From Minutocellus sp. GHC0000111 (taxonomy: Eukaryota), in assembly GCA_977018835.1 (NCBI GenBank), contig OZ361260.1, positions 3,968,001 to 4,032,000 of the forward strand: a DNA stretch of 64,000 nt. Direction: 5' to 3'. Positions 54,073 to 64,000 of the stretch are shown here, piece by piece. The position numbers were made by a program, and so were the translations under genes. The notes under the pieces were generated by a model. The model was not told the origin of the DNA. It did not search any database and saw only the letters and a list, made by a program, of their open reading frames with translations. How positions within the stretch are numbered: position 1 is the stretch's first letter; the number at the start of each line of letters is the position of its first letter.

Positions 54073-57000
54073 TTAGTTGCTTGTTGTTGTACTAGCTAGA
54101 CTGAGAGAGGCGTCATCTTGGCTCAGCGATAGGTCCTCCGTCCTACTTTTGACTACGGATATTGCCTGCTTGGCAAAATAGACAACATCCCGATCTCCCC
54201 CCTTCTCCTTTGCTTCCTCTATCTTGAGCTGATTCTCCACGATATCAACAATGAAGTTGAGCTCATCGTCCTCCAGTACTGGATGGTGTGCGATGCTGGC
54301 AAATACTCTGCCGACATTGAGGCGAACATTGACGACGCGATCCTCTGATAGGGAACCCGCGACATCAAGGATGGCCCTGAGTGGTGGAACAGCGGCCTCC
54401 TTACCACCGGCATCAGTGATGACGGTCCTAGCCTTGCTCTTGGTCGGCGGGCACATGGAGTTGAGCAAAATGACCTCGACCATCTTGAGGCCGAGCATCC
54501 TCTGCTTGCAATTTTGGCTTTCGCTGCACTTTCGAAGCTGTGGTATGACAATCGCCGAGATCCACTGGCCGCCATCGTCCTCTCCATGGCGGGCCAGACT
54601 GCCCCCACCAAGACAGAGACATTCGGCAGCAGTTCGACGGACGGCATCGACTTCATCATCCATGAGCTCAATACAAAGCTTGGCAATCTCGGATCGAGTT
54701 TCAAGCTTATGAGTACAGCCCAAGAGGGCCGGGACAATCTCGACGGCACTTTGTCGAACACGCCACTGTGGATTCTCCGATAGGTCCGAAAGAGTTGGAA
54801 GAAGACGCAGTACTTGATTTTCTGACAGCACTGGAATGAAGACCGGCTCCTTCCGTTCCATACTTGCATACGAGAATTGCGAAGAGATCGACATCGTGTC
54901 GTCATCGATGGACATGGAGTGGGCTCGACCAGATATGCGCTTACTGCTGATTTCTCTCACATTGCCACGAGATGCGTTGGTAACGGCACGTAAGGCTGCA
55001 CTTGTGACCTCTGGGTCGGTATCATGCAGCAGCCGCTGGACCAGAGGAATGAGCGTTTCGTCGATGTGCTTCTTTTGCTGCCTCAGATCCGCCAAGAATT
55101 CGGATTCGGGCGATGATTCCATACCGGTAGTATTGGAACCACCGGTCGGCGAGGGAGGAGGTTGGAATATCTCTTCTTGACTGGTAAGACCCACGAGCAA
55201 GGTCAAAAGCTCTCCACATGCGGTAGCAAGGGAAACACGAACGTTGGCACTTGGATCCTTGAGCAGCTTCATCGCCAAGGGAAGCAAGGAATCCAATACA
55301 TTGGTCGCAGCGCTCGAGGTCGCACTGTTGAGTGTGCCAGAAAGGACGCTGTCAACGAGGCGAGGCATGCACAACATTGCTTCGCCTCGAACACGCTCGT
55401 CTGTGTCACCAAGAAGAGCCTGAAGAAGGTCAATAATGACACTGAACCAATGATCCCCGAGGGCATTGCACAGGCGATCACATTGAGCGGCCACTGCCAA
55501 CCTCACAGCTGGCGATCGGTCTTCAGCCAGCCGGGTTGCTACGGGAAGCAGTTTGCACTGAAGCAGGTATACCTCAGCGAAGAGAGGATCGGTTCGCGAC
55601 GGAAGACGTCGGAGGGCCCGGCTTCCCTTTCTGGCATCGCCAAGGAAGGCATTGGGCAAATGCTCCGCAAGATGCCACGTAAGCGTCATAGCGGCCGCTC
55701 GGAGCTGAGGCTCAGGGTCGGTCATCGCTCGCTCGCACATGAGAACAAGCCACGGGACAGATCTCGGGTCAAAGACTAATTCTGCAATTTCATGGAGGAC
55801 GGTGGCGGTAGATTTACGAACAATAACCTCGACGTCGTGAAGCGCTCGCGTAATGACGCCTCGGAGTTGCAACTGATGAGGAAAATCAAGATGAGCCCAA
55901 AGTACAGGGCCCAAAGAACAGGCCGTTACCCTTGCGCTGGTGCTTCTCGACGCGGCGAGTCGATGAACGACCGCGAGGAAGCGATTGCCAGCATGAGCAT
56001 GATGCGGTGTGGGAGGAACATCACCATATATATCGTCATCGAGCTTCATCTCATCACCTTCCGAGTCAGATTTCGGCGGATCAACACATCCAGGGCTTCT
56101 CATCATGGAACAATTCAGGACAATGAGCTTCAAGAGACTTCCGGCACTGCCTAGCTCGTTGATCGGGGCGGCGTTTCCACCGGCGACGCTGCTTGCCGAT
56201 TCTTCATCGGCCAAACGCATTTCAGTGTCTACATCGAGAATATCGCAGAGGAACGATATCACCTCACCGCGAATGAGAGCCGCAGGGGGACTTGTTGGAT
56301 CGGCAAGGAATGTCATTGTTCTGTGCAATACATCTCCGATGGAGTGTAGAGATCGATCGAAGAAGTTTGTTGCTGATGCAATTGCGCCGCCTTGAGCGCC
56401 GCCGGCCTTCTTGTTGACAAGCTGTTTTGCCATTGGCACATGGGGAGGTGGAGGTGGCTGCCGCTTTCGGCGGGGGTTCTGCATAACTCCTCCAGGCAAT
56501 CCTGCTCCAGGTCCAGCGGCGTTATTTCCTTGGGCAGCAGGAGGTGATGGTTTCTCCTCCTCGAGATGGCGATTGACGTAATCGAGTAATTTTTTTGAGA
56601 CACTCCTGGCAGCTTCAGCGTAGTCCTTGGCAGTATGATGCGAATGCTTGTGACGGCTCGAAGCGCTCGATGATGCCGTGCTCACCGAGGCGTTGTCACC
56701 GTCAGGGAGACCTATATTGGAAGATGAAGATTCTGCCGCGGCAGCTTGTTCTTTCTCCTCCAGTCGCACAGCCTCCCTTTCGAGGCCAATGACGAGGAGC
56801 GTCAAAATCCACACAAGCTTTTCTCCGGCTTCAGATATTGCTTCATCACGTTTAGTAGGCATGACTCCCTGCTGATTTCGGCAATTACGGCGGGCAGCCT
56901 CGTGCCAAACGGTATGGAGGGATGAAGCAAATTTGACCGCATCTGGCGATAGCTGCACCGTCTTTCTTTCGTTGTCACCGCCTTGATTCGAGGCACCGGT

Positions 57001-59553
57001 TTCACCGCTTCCACCCGCAGCGTTATCATCTCGCGAATTGGAATCTCCACCGTTCCCAACCTCAGTCGCAGCCATACCGAAGCCACCGCCTCGGATCAAT
57101 CGGCCCATTTCCTCTCTTGCACCTCGTAATGCATCTTCGCCAATCAGTCGCAGAACCAGCTTAAGCGGGCGCTGGCTTTGTCGCAATTCGTCGATGGTCT
57201 CAAAGTGCGTCAAGTTGGCCGTCTCTACGGAACCAACCTTGACGATCAGCGAGCCAACCTTAGCTCCGGCCCGCTTGGCGGCACCACCGGGAAGGACGGT
57301 CCGAACTACTGTGCGCTCGAGGACATTCTCGACGGTGAGACCAAGCATCTCGCGATCAATTTGGACTGTGTAATCTCTTCTCGTCTGTTTGGGATCCTCC
57401 TCCGCTTGAGCAAGCGGAGGTGTCTGTGATTGTTGTGATTGATCCTCCGTCGATGAGTCAGCAGCCGGCTGCTGCGCCTTTTTTCTTCGTCGGCCAAACA
57501 TTCCACCCTTTTCGCTACCGTTGGTCTCGTTCTTTGGCGACGCCGCTTTCTTCCCTCCGCCGGCAGCTCGAGTTTTGACGCTCGATAGCAGACCTACAAA
57601 GGATCCTCGTCCACCACCCCCGGTACCGGCGGTAGAAGATTGAGCTGCCGTTGAGGCCGCTGTCGAGGCTGTAATTGAAGAGGCGGATGAGGTGATCGAA
57701 GACGTATCGTTGGCCATCGTTGCTGGCCCACTAGCTGCAGCGTCGTTTTGCTCCTCTTCTGGGGATGGACCTCGGCACGACCGGAAGAAAGCCGAAGTTG
57801 CATCACCACCGGTCGATATGCACGGCGGTAGGAGGTCGGGGACGATCTTTCGAGCTGCTGCCGAGGACTCGCCGTAGTCATAGACGGTGTCATCTTCATC
57901 ATCATCGTTGAGTCCACCATCAAAGCTTCCCAGGCTGGTATCGAGACTATCGTCGAGCTTTGCACTGTCGGCATCGGATGCTGCCTCGTCGCCTTCGTTG
58001 TCGGCGACATTATCGGCCGATTCCACTGCGATATCTGCAGCCAACGAGGCCTCCGCACCTGCGCCGGATTTCTCTTCCTCTTGTTCGCTAGAGTCGACTG
58101 CAGTATCCTCTGTGGTGGGCGATGCTGCCATCGTCGCACTTTCCACAAGCGCCGATGGCAACATGGCAAGAAGATCGTTGTATGCAGTCTCGGCACGGTA
58201 CAGAGTCTTGACAACACCCTTGGCAGCCTCGGCCTCCCTCTTCTTTCGCTTTTCGTCGTTATCGCCACTAGTCTTTGCATCATTATCATCAGTTGCATCC
58301 TTCTTCTCATCACCGGCAAGGATAGCCGCTTGAGCTTGGTCCTTCTTGGGCTCGGGCATCACATCCGACAGCAAAAGGAGATGTCGGAGGAAGCAGTCCA
58401 GGGCCGGATCGGACGATAGCTTCTCCCTCACCACCGTATGTCCTTTGGCGCCGTCGCTACCATCATCAGTCTCTTTCTTTCCATCGCTTTTACTTGCCTC
58501 AGCCTCATCGGTTTGTGCATCGGATGCGTTCGCGTCATCGACAGCATCTCCACCGTCCTCGGCCTTGAGAATGTCCCGCACACGATCGACACTGACGAGG
58601 ACCTTGGCAACCGCCCTCAAGGGTGGGATGGCCACCCTCGTCGGGCCGGGACCAACCGCACCTCCTGGTATCGCCACAATGGTCGCACCACTGCCTACAC
58701 CACCGGCACTGGCACCGGCACCGCCGGGCGGAGGTGGAGCCCCATGGGAGGGAACCACCCCGGGCATGAGCTGCTTGGCGTAGTCGGCGGCCGCGCTGGG
58801 CGACGTTTGGCCCTGGGACGAGGCCAGCGCCGCGGCCGCCACGGCGGCCATGTGCTGCGCCGCCGACTGGGTCGGATCCTTCTCGGCCGTTTGCTCGTCC
58901 TGTTCCTCCGATGATGCGTCGTCTTTGTCTTCATCGTCGTCATCGTCAGCTGGAAGGGGCGTGGAAGCCGCAGTCTTTTGCTCTTCAGACTTTTCATCGC
59001 CGTTGTTGTCACCATTACCGCCGCTAGCATTAGCATCATCTTTAAAGTACGATGCCATCCGCTCCGCCTCGCTTGGCTCCGTATCTTCTCCACTGGTCTT
59101 TAGCGGCTCATCACTTGCAGGCACGACGGCGCCACCGCCCGCCGAGAAGTCAATGGGAGCCACTGGCGCTGCGTCGTCCGACGCATCACCGCCTTTGGCA
59201 TCCTCGTTGGAAATTTCCGAAGCTCCACCGGCGCCACCACCAGCAGCCTCGGCAGAGGCGGACGACGGCGAAGCATCATCGGGCGCATCATGCCCAGCGG
59301 TGGCGCTTCTTGTTGGTGGTAGTATTGCCGGGTCCGCAGTACCATCGGAGGATGTTTGCTGACCATTACCTGCCGATTCATCAGCCGACGCACTGCCATC
59401 GGCAAGGTCTGGAGTTACAGAAGGAGGAGGAGGAGGAGGAGGAGCCGATGTGGCATCGATGCGAGTAGTATCGGATGGGCTGGTAGAGGAGTCGGATGCC
59501 GCCACCTCCGTCGAACTCGACGGAGAAGCCTCCTCGGAGGAGGCGGCCGCCAT
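54073..59553 (-). CDS. 1826-aa protein: acidic disordered N-terminus + PDZ domain + PP2A-A/PP4R1-like HEAT repeats
   Basis: PDZ (LGLTVENV..VRTVLPGGAAKRAGAKVGSLIVKVG..RPLKLVL); HEAT signatures LHDVEVIVR, LAEDRSPAVR, LKDPSANVR, PQWRVRQS, DEVDAVR, DRVVNVR, DRDV. Confidence 0.85.
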   Translation of the reverse strand: MAAASSEEASPSSSTEVAASDSSTSPSDTTRIDATSAPPPPPPPSVTPDLADGSASADESAGNGQQTSSDGTADPAILPPTRSATAGHDAPDDASPSSASAEAAGGGAGGASEISNEDAKGGDASDDAAPVAPIDFSAGGGAVVPASDEPLKTSGEDTEPSEAERMASYFKDDANASGGNGDNNGDEKSEEQKTAASTPLPADDDDDEDKDDASSEEQDEQTAEKDPTQSAAQHMAAVAAAALASSQGQTSPSAAADYAKQLMPGVVPSHGAPPPPGGAGASAGGVGSGATIVAIPGGAVGPGPTRVAIPPLRAVAKVLVSVDRVRDILKAEDGGDAVDDANASDAQTDEAEASKSDGKKETDDGSDGAKGHTVVREKLSSDPALDCFLRHLLLLSDVMPEPKKDQAQAAILAGDEKKDATDDNDAKTSGDNDEKRKKREAEAAKGVVKTLYRAETAYNDLLAMLPSALVESATMAASPTTEDTAVDSSEQEEEKSGAGAEASLAADIAVESADNVADNEGDEAASDADSAKLDDSLDTSLGSFDGGLNDDDEDDTVYDYGESSAAARKIVPDLLPPCISTGGDATSAFFRSCRGPSPEEEQNDAAASGPATMANDTSSITSSASSITASTAASTAAQSSTAGTGGGGRGSFVGLLSSVKTRAAGGGKKAASPKNETNGSEKGGMFGRRRKKAQQPAADSSTEDQSQQSQTPPLAQAEEDPKQTRRDYTVQIDREMLGLTVENVLERTVVRTVLPGGAAKRAGAKVGSLIVKVGSVETANLTHFETIDELRQSQRPLKLVLRLIGEDALRGAREEMGRLIRGGGFGMAATEVGNGGDSNSRDDNAAGGSGETGASNQGGDNERKTVQLSPDAVKFASSLHTVWHEAARRNCRNQQGVMPTKRDEAISEAGEKLVWILTLLVIGLEREAVRLEEKEQAAAAESSSSNIGLPDGDNASVSTASSSASSRHKHSHHTAKDYAEAARSVSKKLLDYVNRHLEEEKPSPPAAQGNNAAGPGAGLPGGVMQNPRRKRQPPPPPHVPMAKQLVNKKAGGAQGGAIASATNFFDRSLHSIGDVLHRTMTFLADPTSPPAALIRGEVISFLCDILDVDTEMRLADEESASSVAGGNAAPINELGSAGSLLKLIVLNCSMMRSPGCVDPPKSDSEGDEMKLDDDIYGDVPPTPHHAHAGNRFLAVVHRLAASRSTSARVTACSLGPVLWAHLDFPHQLQLRGVITRALHDVEVIVRKSTATVLHEIAELVFDPRSVPWLVLMCERAMTDPEPQLRAAAMTLTWHLAEHLPNAFLGDARKGSRALRRLPSRTDPLFAEVYLLQCKLLPVATRLAEDRSPAVRLAVAAQCDRLCNALGDHWFSVIIDLLQALLGDTDERVRGEAMLCMPRLVDSVLSGTLNSATSSAATNVLDSLLPLAMKLLKDPSANVRVSLATACGELLTLLVGLTSQEEIFQPPPSPTGGSNTTGMESSPESEFLADLRQQKKHIDETLIPLVQRLLHDTDPEVTSAALRAVTNASRGNVREISSKRISGRAHSMSIDDDTMSISSQFSYASMERKEPVFIPVLSENQVLRLLPTLSDLSENPQWRVRQSAVEIVPALLGCTHKLETRSEIAKLCIELMDDEVDAVRRTAAECLCLGGGSLARHGEDDGGQWISAIVIPQLRKCSESQNCKQRMLGLKMVEVILLNSMCPPTKSKARTVITDAGGKEAAVPPLRAILDVAGSLSEDRVVNVRLNVGRVFASIAHHPVLEDDELNFIVDIVENQLKIEEAKEKGGDRDVVYFAKQAISVVKSRTEDLSLSQDDASLSLASTTTSN

Positions 59554-60667
59554 ATCTTGTGCTTCGTTTGTTGATTATCTGGCAAGATGCAAATTTCAAG
59601 GCCAATCAAAGATTATGCAATGGAACCCTATTGCCTCCTGCGCCTTTGGGTGTGCCCGATGGCAGCTTTGGGGGGTTAGGCGGCGCAAAGAGTTGGGTTT
59701 TATGCCGCCCTTGGGCAGGTCATGGTGGGCGCCTCAATCAAGCCTTCGGTGGTAGGTCTGTTGAACTCGCGGGTTTTGAACCCACTCACCCCACACGCCC
59801 CCATGAAGGAAAAGTCGATGCAGCAAAACACCCGAGATTGGGGGAGCTTTATTCTCAAGAACTAAGATGAAGAAGATGGCCAAACTTGGGCATACCGCAG
59901 AAGTGATCATAAAGAATTTTAATTTATAATTTCAGCTTTGGAGGTTGGAGCTAGGGTAAGTGCGAGCACCACTTCTGACAAGCAAATTCGACAAAAATTG
60001 AAGAAAAATCACAACGACGCCAAGCATGTTGTGCGCATGTGCACATGCAAGTGCGCTCGTCTCTTTCCTTCAGTCAGCATGTGAGAATTACTCGGTAGGT
60101 AAACTGTAGTTCTTCGTCCAAGAATCTGTTTTAACCTTTGTGCCACAATGCTTGTTCCCGTTCTTGCTTCCTTATCCCTCTGGGGAGGAAGGTTCTCTGG
60201 TGTGGTGATTCCTCTTTGATGCGCAGCTGCAGAGAAAAACGTTTTTCGGAATCTAAAATATGGTTTAATAGACCTATTTTTCGGCCCTCTTTGAGCTTCT
60301 TTTTGACGCATAAAGAAAGTTTCTTTTTCAGTTGTCGGGAACAAAATAAGCCGTGTTCACACCATAGGAGACCTTTCATCTCATATACAGACTCAGGTTT
60401 TATGTGCTTTTAATAAGCCTTGCTACATGATCAAAAATTGGAAAACCAAATCTCAAATTTTTCTCTTGTCACAGAAAAATGACGAAAAACCTGGATTTTG
60501 GCAGATTTGACTTTTCTCTCGGCGGCGGTCGATGCCGAAGGCCGCCAACACCACCATGCATTATCAGCACATGACCATGATAACGACAACGCATGGTGGC
60601 ACCAACGCTGCGATTGTTTAGCTAGAGAGTGGTGCCGCGAATCGATCAGTTTCGGAAGCGGGCGAAC

Positions 60668-62761
60668 ATGGCTCGAAATGTCTTGGCGCTTGCCAAGCGG
60701 TCGCTGCATCGGCATCTGCATCGGCATCTGCTGCTGCTCGTGCTTTTCGCAACCATAATCTTGCCTGTTCGATCCTTCTCCGTCGATACAACCACCGCTA
60801 CAAGCGATGCCAGTGAGTCGAAGAAGCTGCAGCTATTTCCCTATCAAGAGAAAGGTGTCCAACGCTTATGCTCCGACCGACGGCTGATCCTTGGTGACGA
60901 CATGGGACTAGGAAAAACATGCCAGGCGATATCGGCGCTCAATCGGTTCTGCGATGCTGGTGAAATCCGTCCCGATCAGGGACGGGTGCTGATAATCTGC
61001 CCCAAGAGTGTGTTGAATGCGTGGGTTGACGAATTGGAACAATGGCTCGACCCAAGGCTGTTGGAACCAATGGACATTCACGTATTTACCGCCGGTGAGG
61101 AGCCATCGGATTCCGATCGGGGATTGATACAACTCATCAACTATGATATTTGTCACAAGCACAAGGATTTGCTCCAAGGGCAGTCATGGGATGTCGTCAT
61201 TTGTGACGAGGCGCATTATCTCAAGTCTCACAATTCCAAGCGAACACTTGCTATCCTTGGAAGCAGCGCTGCCAAATCCAAAACTGGGGGAGTTACCCAA
61301 AGCGCTTCGTATGTTTGGTTACTGACCGGTACACCAATATTGAATCGACCAGTTGAACTATACCCACTTTTGAGAGCCCTGGACAGCACAGAGTGGGGCT
61401 CCAGAAAAGATTTTATCGAGAGTTATTGCGAGCCGAAAGCCATGAAATTGAGAGGGCGCGGACGCTATGTTACCAACAACAATGGTGCCTCCAATCTCCA
61501 AGAATTGAAGAAACGTCTTCAGCCCTATATGTTGCGACGATACAAGGCCGATGTGCTGACCGATCTGCCTCCAAAACTCAGATCATGCGTCAATCTCGAT
61601 GGTACTGATGCAGCGGTCCAAGAGCGGCGAATGGTGGCGGAAATGATGGGGATGGTGGATGACTATGTGGTTGAGAGGTATGATGATGCCGGCAATACTG
61701 ATGAAGAGGACGACGAAAGACATATTGGACAATTTGCCGAAAGCGATAGCCTCGTTTCGTTTAGCGCCGAAGCCTCCGCCCTCACTCATTATGGGATCAA
61801 GGCATCCGACTTTGAAGACGATAAATTCTTAGGTGCATTGGCAAAAATACGGAAGGAAACCGCGATGCTCAAAATCAAACCTGCCGTTGCCTTGCTAAAA
61901 GATGTCATGGCATGCGAGAAGGTTGTCGTCTTTGCTCATCATAGGGCCATTATTCATGCATTGGTGGAGGAATTTGGGAACAAGTGTGTTCATATTATCG
62001 GCGGAATGGATACAGAAAGTAGAGCGCTGGCAGTGCGACGCTTCCAGAATGACGATCGATGTCGAATTTTTATCGGATCTATAGGAGCGGCCGGTGTTGG
62101 CGTCACTCTCACAGCTGCCAGCCACGTCGTGTTTCTTGAGTTGGATTGGTCGCCGGCGGTCATGGCTCAGGCGGAAGATCGCTGCCATCGCGTTGGCCAA
62201 AAAGACTCGGTTCTTTGCCAATATTATGTGTTTCGGGATACTATCGACGAATGGATTGCAAAAACGATTATAAAAAAGGATGTTGTGGCAACGATGGCGT
62301 TGCCGACGGACCGAGATACTACAGGAGAGATCGGTGGAGTGACTGATGATGAAAGCGAAGGATCAAATGCATATGTCTTTGATTTCGGAAAACACAAAGG
62401 GGTTCGAATAGAGGACGTGCCAGAAAGCTATTTGATGTGGTTAGTTACGAATGAATCGATCTGGAAGAAGAGATCCGACCTCTGGCGAGCCCTAGCCCGC
62501 AATGGGCTTATACGAGACGAACCACCTCCAACGGATGCTGGCCGGGAAGCCAAGCGGCCAACTTATGTCGAATCCAATGACGCACCACAAAAATTTCCAG
62601 GGAATGTGGACTACGTCTTCAATTTTGGAAAGCATAGATCGGAGCAATGGGAAGACGTGCCAATTTCGTATAGAGACTGGGTGGTGAAAAACGAAGTATG
62701 GAAGAATCGGCCAGATCTCAAGGAAGCACTGCAATCTGCTGGGGTAATAGAAGTAGATTAG
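60668..62761 (+). CDS. SMARCAL1/ZRANB3-like SNF2 ATPase with leader peptide and two C-terminal 'FGKH.G' repeats
   Basis: LFPYQ, GDDMGLGKT, DEAHYLK, LLTGTP..NRP.EL, VFAHH, GVGVTLTAA, QAEDRCHRVGQ; FDFGKHKGVRIEDVPESYLMW and FNFGKHRSEQWEDVPISYRDW. Confidence 0.88.
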   Translation: MARNVLALAKRSLHRHLHRHLLLLVLFATIILPVRSFSVDTTTATSDASESKKLQLFPYQEKGVQRLCSDRRLILGDDMGLGKTCQAISALNRFCDAGEIRPDQGRVLIICPKSVLNAWVDELEQWLDPRLLEPMDIHVFTAGEEPSDSDRGLIQLINYDICHKHKDLLQGQSWDVVICDEAHYLKSHNSKRTLAILGSSAAKSKTGGVTQSASYVWLLTGTPILNRPVELYPLLRALDSTEWGSRKDFIESYCEPKAMKLRGRGRYVTNNNGASNLQELKKRLQPYMLRRYKADVLTDLPPKLRSCVNLDGTDAAVQERRMVAEMMGMVDDYVVERYDDAGNTDEEDDERHIGQFAESDSLVSFSAEASALTHYGIKASDFEDDKFLGALAKIRKETAMLKIKPAVALLKDVMACEKVVVFAHHRAIIHALVEEFGNKCVHIIGGMDTESRALAVRRFQNDDRCRIFIGSIGAAGVGVTLTAASHVVFLELDWSPAVMAQAEDRCHRVGQKDSVLCQYYVFRDTIDEWIAKTIIKKDVVATMALPTDRDTTGEIGGVTDDESEGSNAYVFDFGKHKGVRIEDVPESYLMWLVTNESIWKKRSDLWRALARNGLIRDEPPPTDAGREAKRPTYVESNDAPQKFPGNVDYVFNFGKHRSEQWEDVPISYRDWVVKNEVWKNRPDLKEALQSAGVIEVD

Positions 62762-62869
62762 GAGTACAAGTTAAGTAACGCGCGGCTAATGGAAGAATAT
62801 TGAGATTGTATTTATGTATTAAAAATTATATGGAGCTCATGATGAGGAATTGGCACGTTATTTCCTGAT

Positions 62870-64000
62870 CTAGTGCGTAATGTACCAATTATCACCGCAC
62901 GGTATGCCGAATGCTTGGATGGTAACCCGTGCATCCTTCATGCCATGCTTCCATTCGTGGTAGGGAAATGGTCGGATGGCATGCAACACGCTCACTTCAA
63001 AGCTATAGACGTTGCCCACCTTGTAATCCACCTCCATCCTTGTTCCATTCTTGTACCAATAGTACAATCCAGCGCCCGGCGGCTCCGTCAGCGGTATCAA
63101 GAACGTTCGTTGACGAGCCTTGTCGCATTTGTTGCCATCAATTTCTTCCATCTGATACAGATACGAATCAGTGTGAGGATTGTTGAACCAGTGCCAAAAC
63201 AACGAGGGAAATACAACCTTGACCGCCGGGAAGCCCATATTCTCCATCTTGGACAAGGCGCCCATATCGCCAAGGACGATGGTTTCCGGATCGACGTTGA
63301 GAACTCGCGAATAAATGTTCGTCAAACTCGTTCCGAATTCCTCCTTGAACGTGTCCGATACTTTCTTCCTCTTTTCCGGAAAGTTGAGACGGAAATCACT
63401 TTCACCCCACGCATCACGATAGCTGGACTGGCGGAATCCTCTCCGAAGCGAATAGGAGCCATCCTGAGGCCATCGCTGATCGTGATTGAAGTTCTTCCCA
63501 AAGACAAAGTATCCCAACGCTCGGCCGTGCGACACCTTGACCCAATCCTGTCGGTTCTCCCACACAAAGTCCAACAGTGGGCCGGATTCCAGTGCCGCGG
63601 CACCGACATCCTCCTGCATGCTGGGGTTCAGATTGATCACCTGATTGGGTATCATTTCGACCGGATACGAGGAGTACAGCGGTTTGATCTGTTCGGGAAT
63701 GTACGGCATGAGCACCGCCAATGCCAGAAATACCACCACAGCCGCCGTCGGTTTGCGCCACACCGGCACGCACATGATGGCAAGCAGCGCCGTCTGAATC
63801 GCAAAGCAACGCTTGGCCTGGGCGGGCATCGGCACCGGCCCTGGCATGACGTAGTGCGGAATTTTGACGGCCAATGCCGGCAGAGCAATGATGCCAAGTT
63901 CCGTCCATCCCAAGACCAGAAACAGAAAGGGCAGGGAACCCACCAAGGCACAGGCCAAAGCCAGTTCGGAACGGACAAATCCAATCAGTGGAACAGGATA
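62870..64000 (-). CDS. Membrane-anchored hypothetical protein, possible 2OG-Fe(II) oxygenase fold; 5' end probably outside window
   Basis: Several hydrophobic helices, then PHTD..RTFLIPL..GAGL..LHAI..RVTIQ (HxD...H...R pattern). Confidence 0.5.
   Translation of the reverse strand, partial: YPVPLIGFVRSELALACALVGSLPFLFLVLGWTELGIIALPALAVKIPHYVMPGPVPMPAQAKRCFAIQTALLAIMCVPVWRKPTAAVVVFLALAVLMPYIPEQIKPLYSSYPVEMIPNQVINLNPSMQEDVGAAALESGPLLDFVWENRQDWVKVSHGRALGYFVFGKNFNHDQRWPQDGSYSLRRGFRQSSYRDAWGESDFRLNFPEKRKKVSDTFKEEFGTSLTNIYSRVLNVDPETIVLGDMGALSKMENMGFPAVKVVFPSLFWHWFNNPHTDSYLYQMEEIDGNKCDKARQRTFLIPLTEPPGAGLYYWYKNGTRMEVDYKVGNVYSFEVSVLHAIRPFPYHEWKHGMKDARVTIQAFGIPCGDNWYITH

Noticed and set aside
59910..60480. 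AT-rich intergenic block as a possible insertion
   Set aside because: No terminal inverted repeats or target-site duplication found.

Overview
Eukaryotic nuclear DNA, most likely a diatom or related ochrophyte. This rests on compact gene spacing, few short GT-AG introns, bipartite signal+'AF' plastid presequences and a diatom-type cyclin. About 29 protein-coding loci are recognisable, including a cyclin, MutS2, an M3 peptidase fragment, two near-identical TOP2 copies either side of a 200-N gap, ADAT1, a cNMP-regulated kinase, TRM7, RPA43, THOC7, a JmjC protein, a TPK K+ channel, a PDZ+HEAT protein, a SMARCAL1-like helicase and several secreted Lys/Cys-rich proteins. No rRNA, tRNA or CRISPR array was seen. 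The dominant signal is that about 12 of these loci carry frame-breaking lesions (in-frame stops, 1-nt indels, internal deletions, a deletion fusing two divergent 5'-truncated genes) while the neighbouring genes are intact. This looks like a decaying haplotype or duplicated segment, although assembly error cannot be excluded without reads. Other points of note: a TGA exactly at the zinc-ligand Cys of ADAT1 (selenocysteine candidate versus nonsense allele); a 204-bp TA-flanked MITE present in one TOP2 copy with its empty site in the other; two secreted proteins sharing an 8-Cys C-terminal module; a two-member MYND-associated family; and a lectin/poly-Lys/TM/six-SHOCT-like membrane protein. All family assignments come from motif recognition, not database searches.
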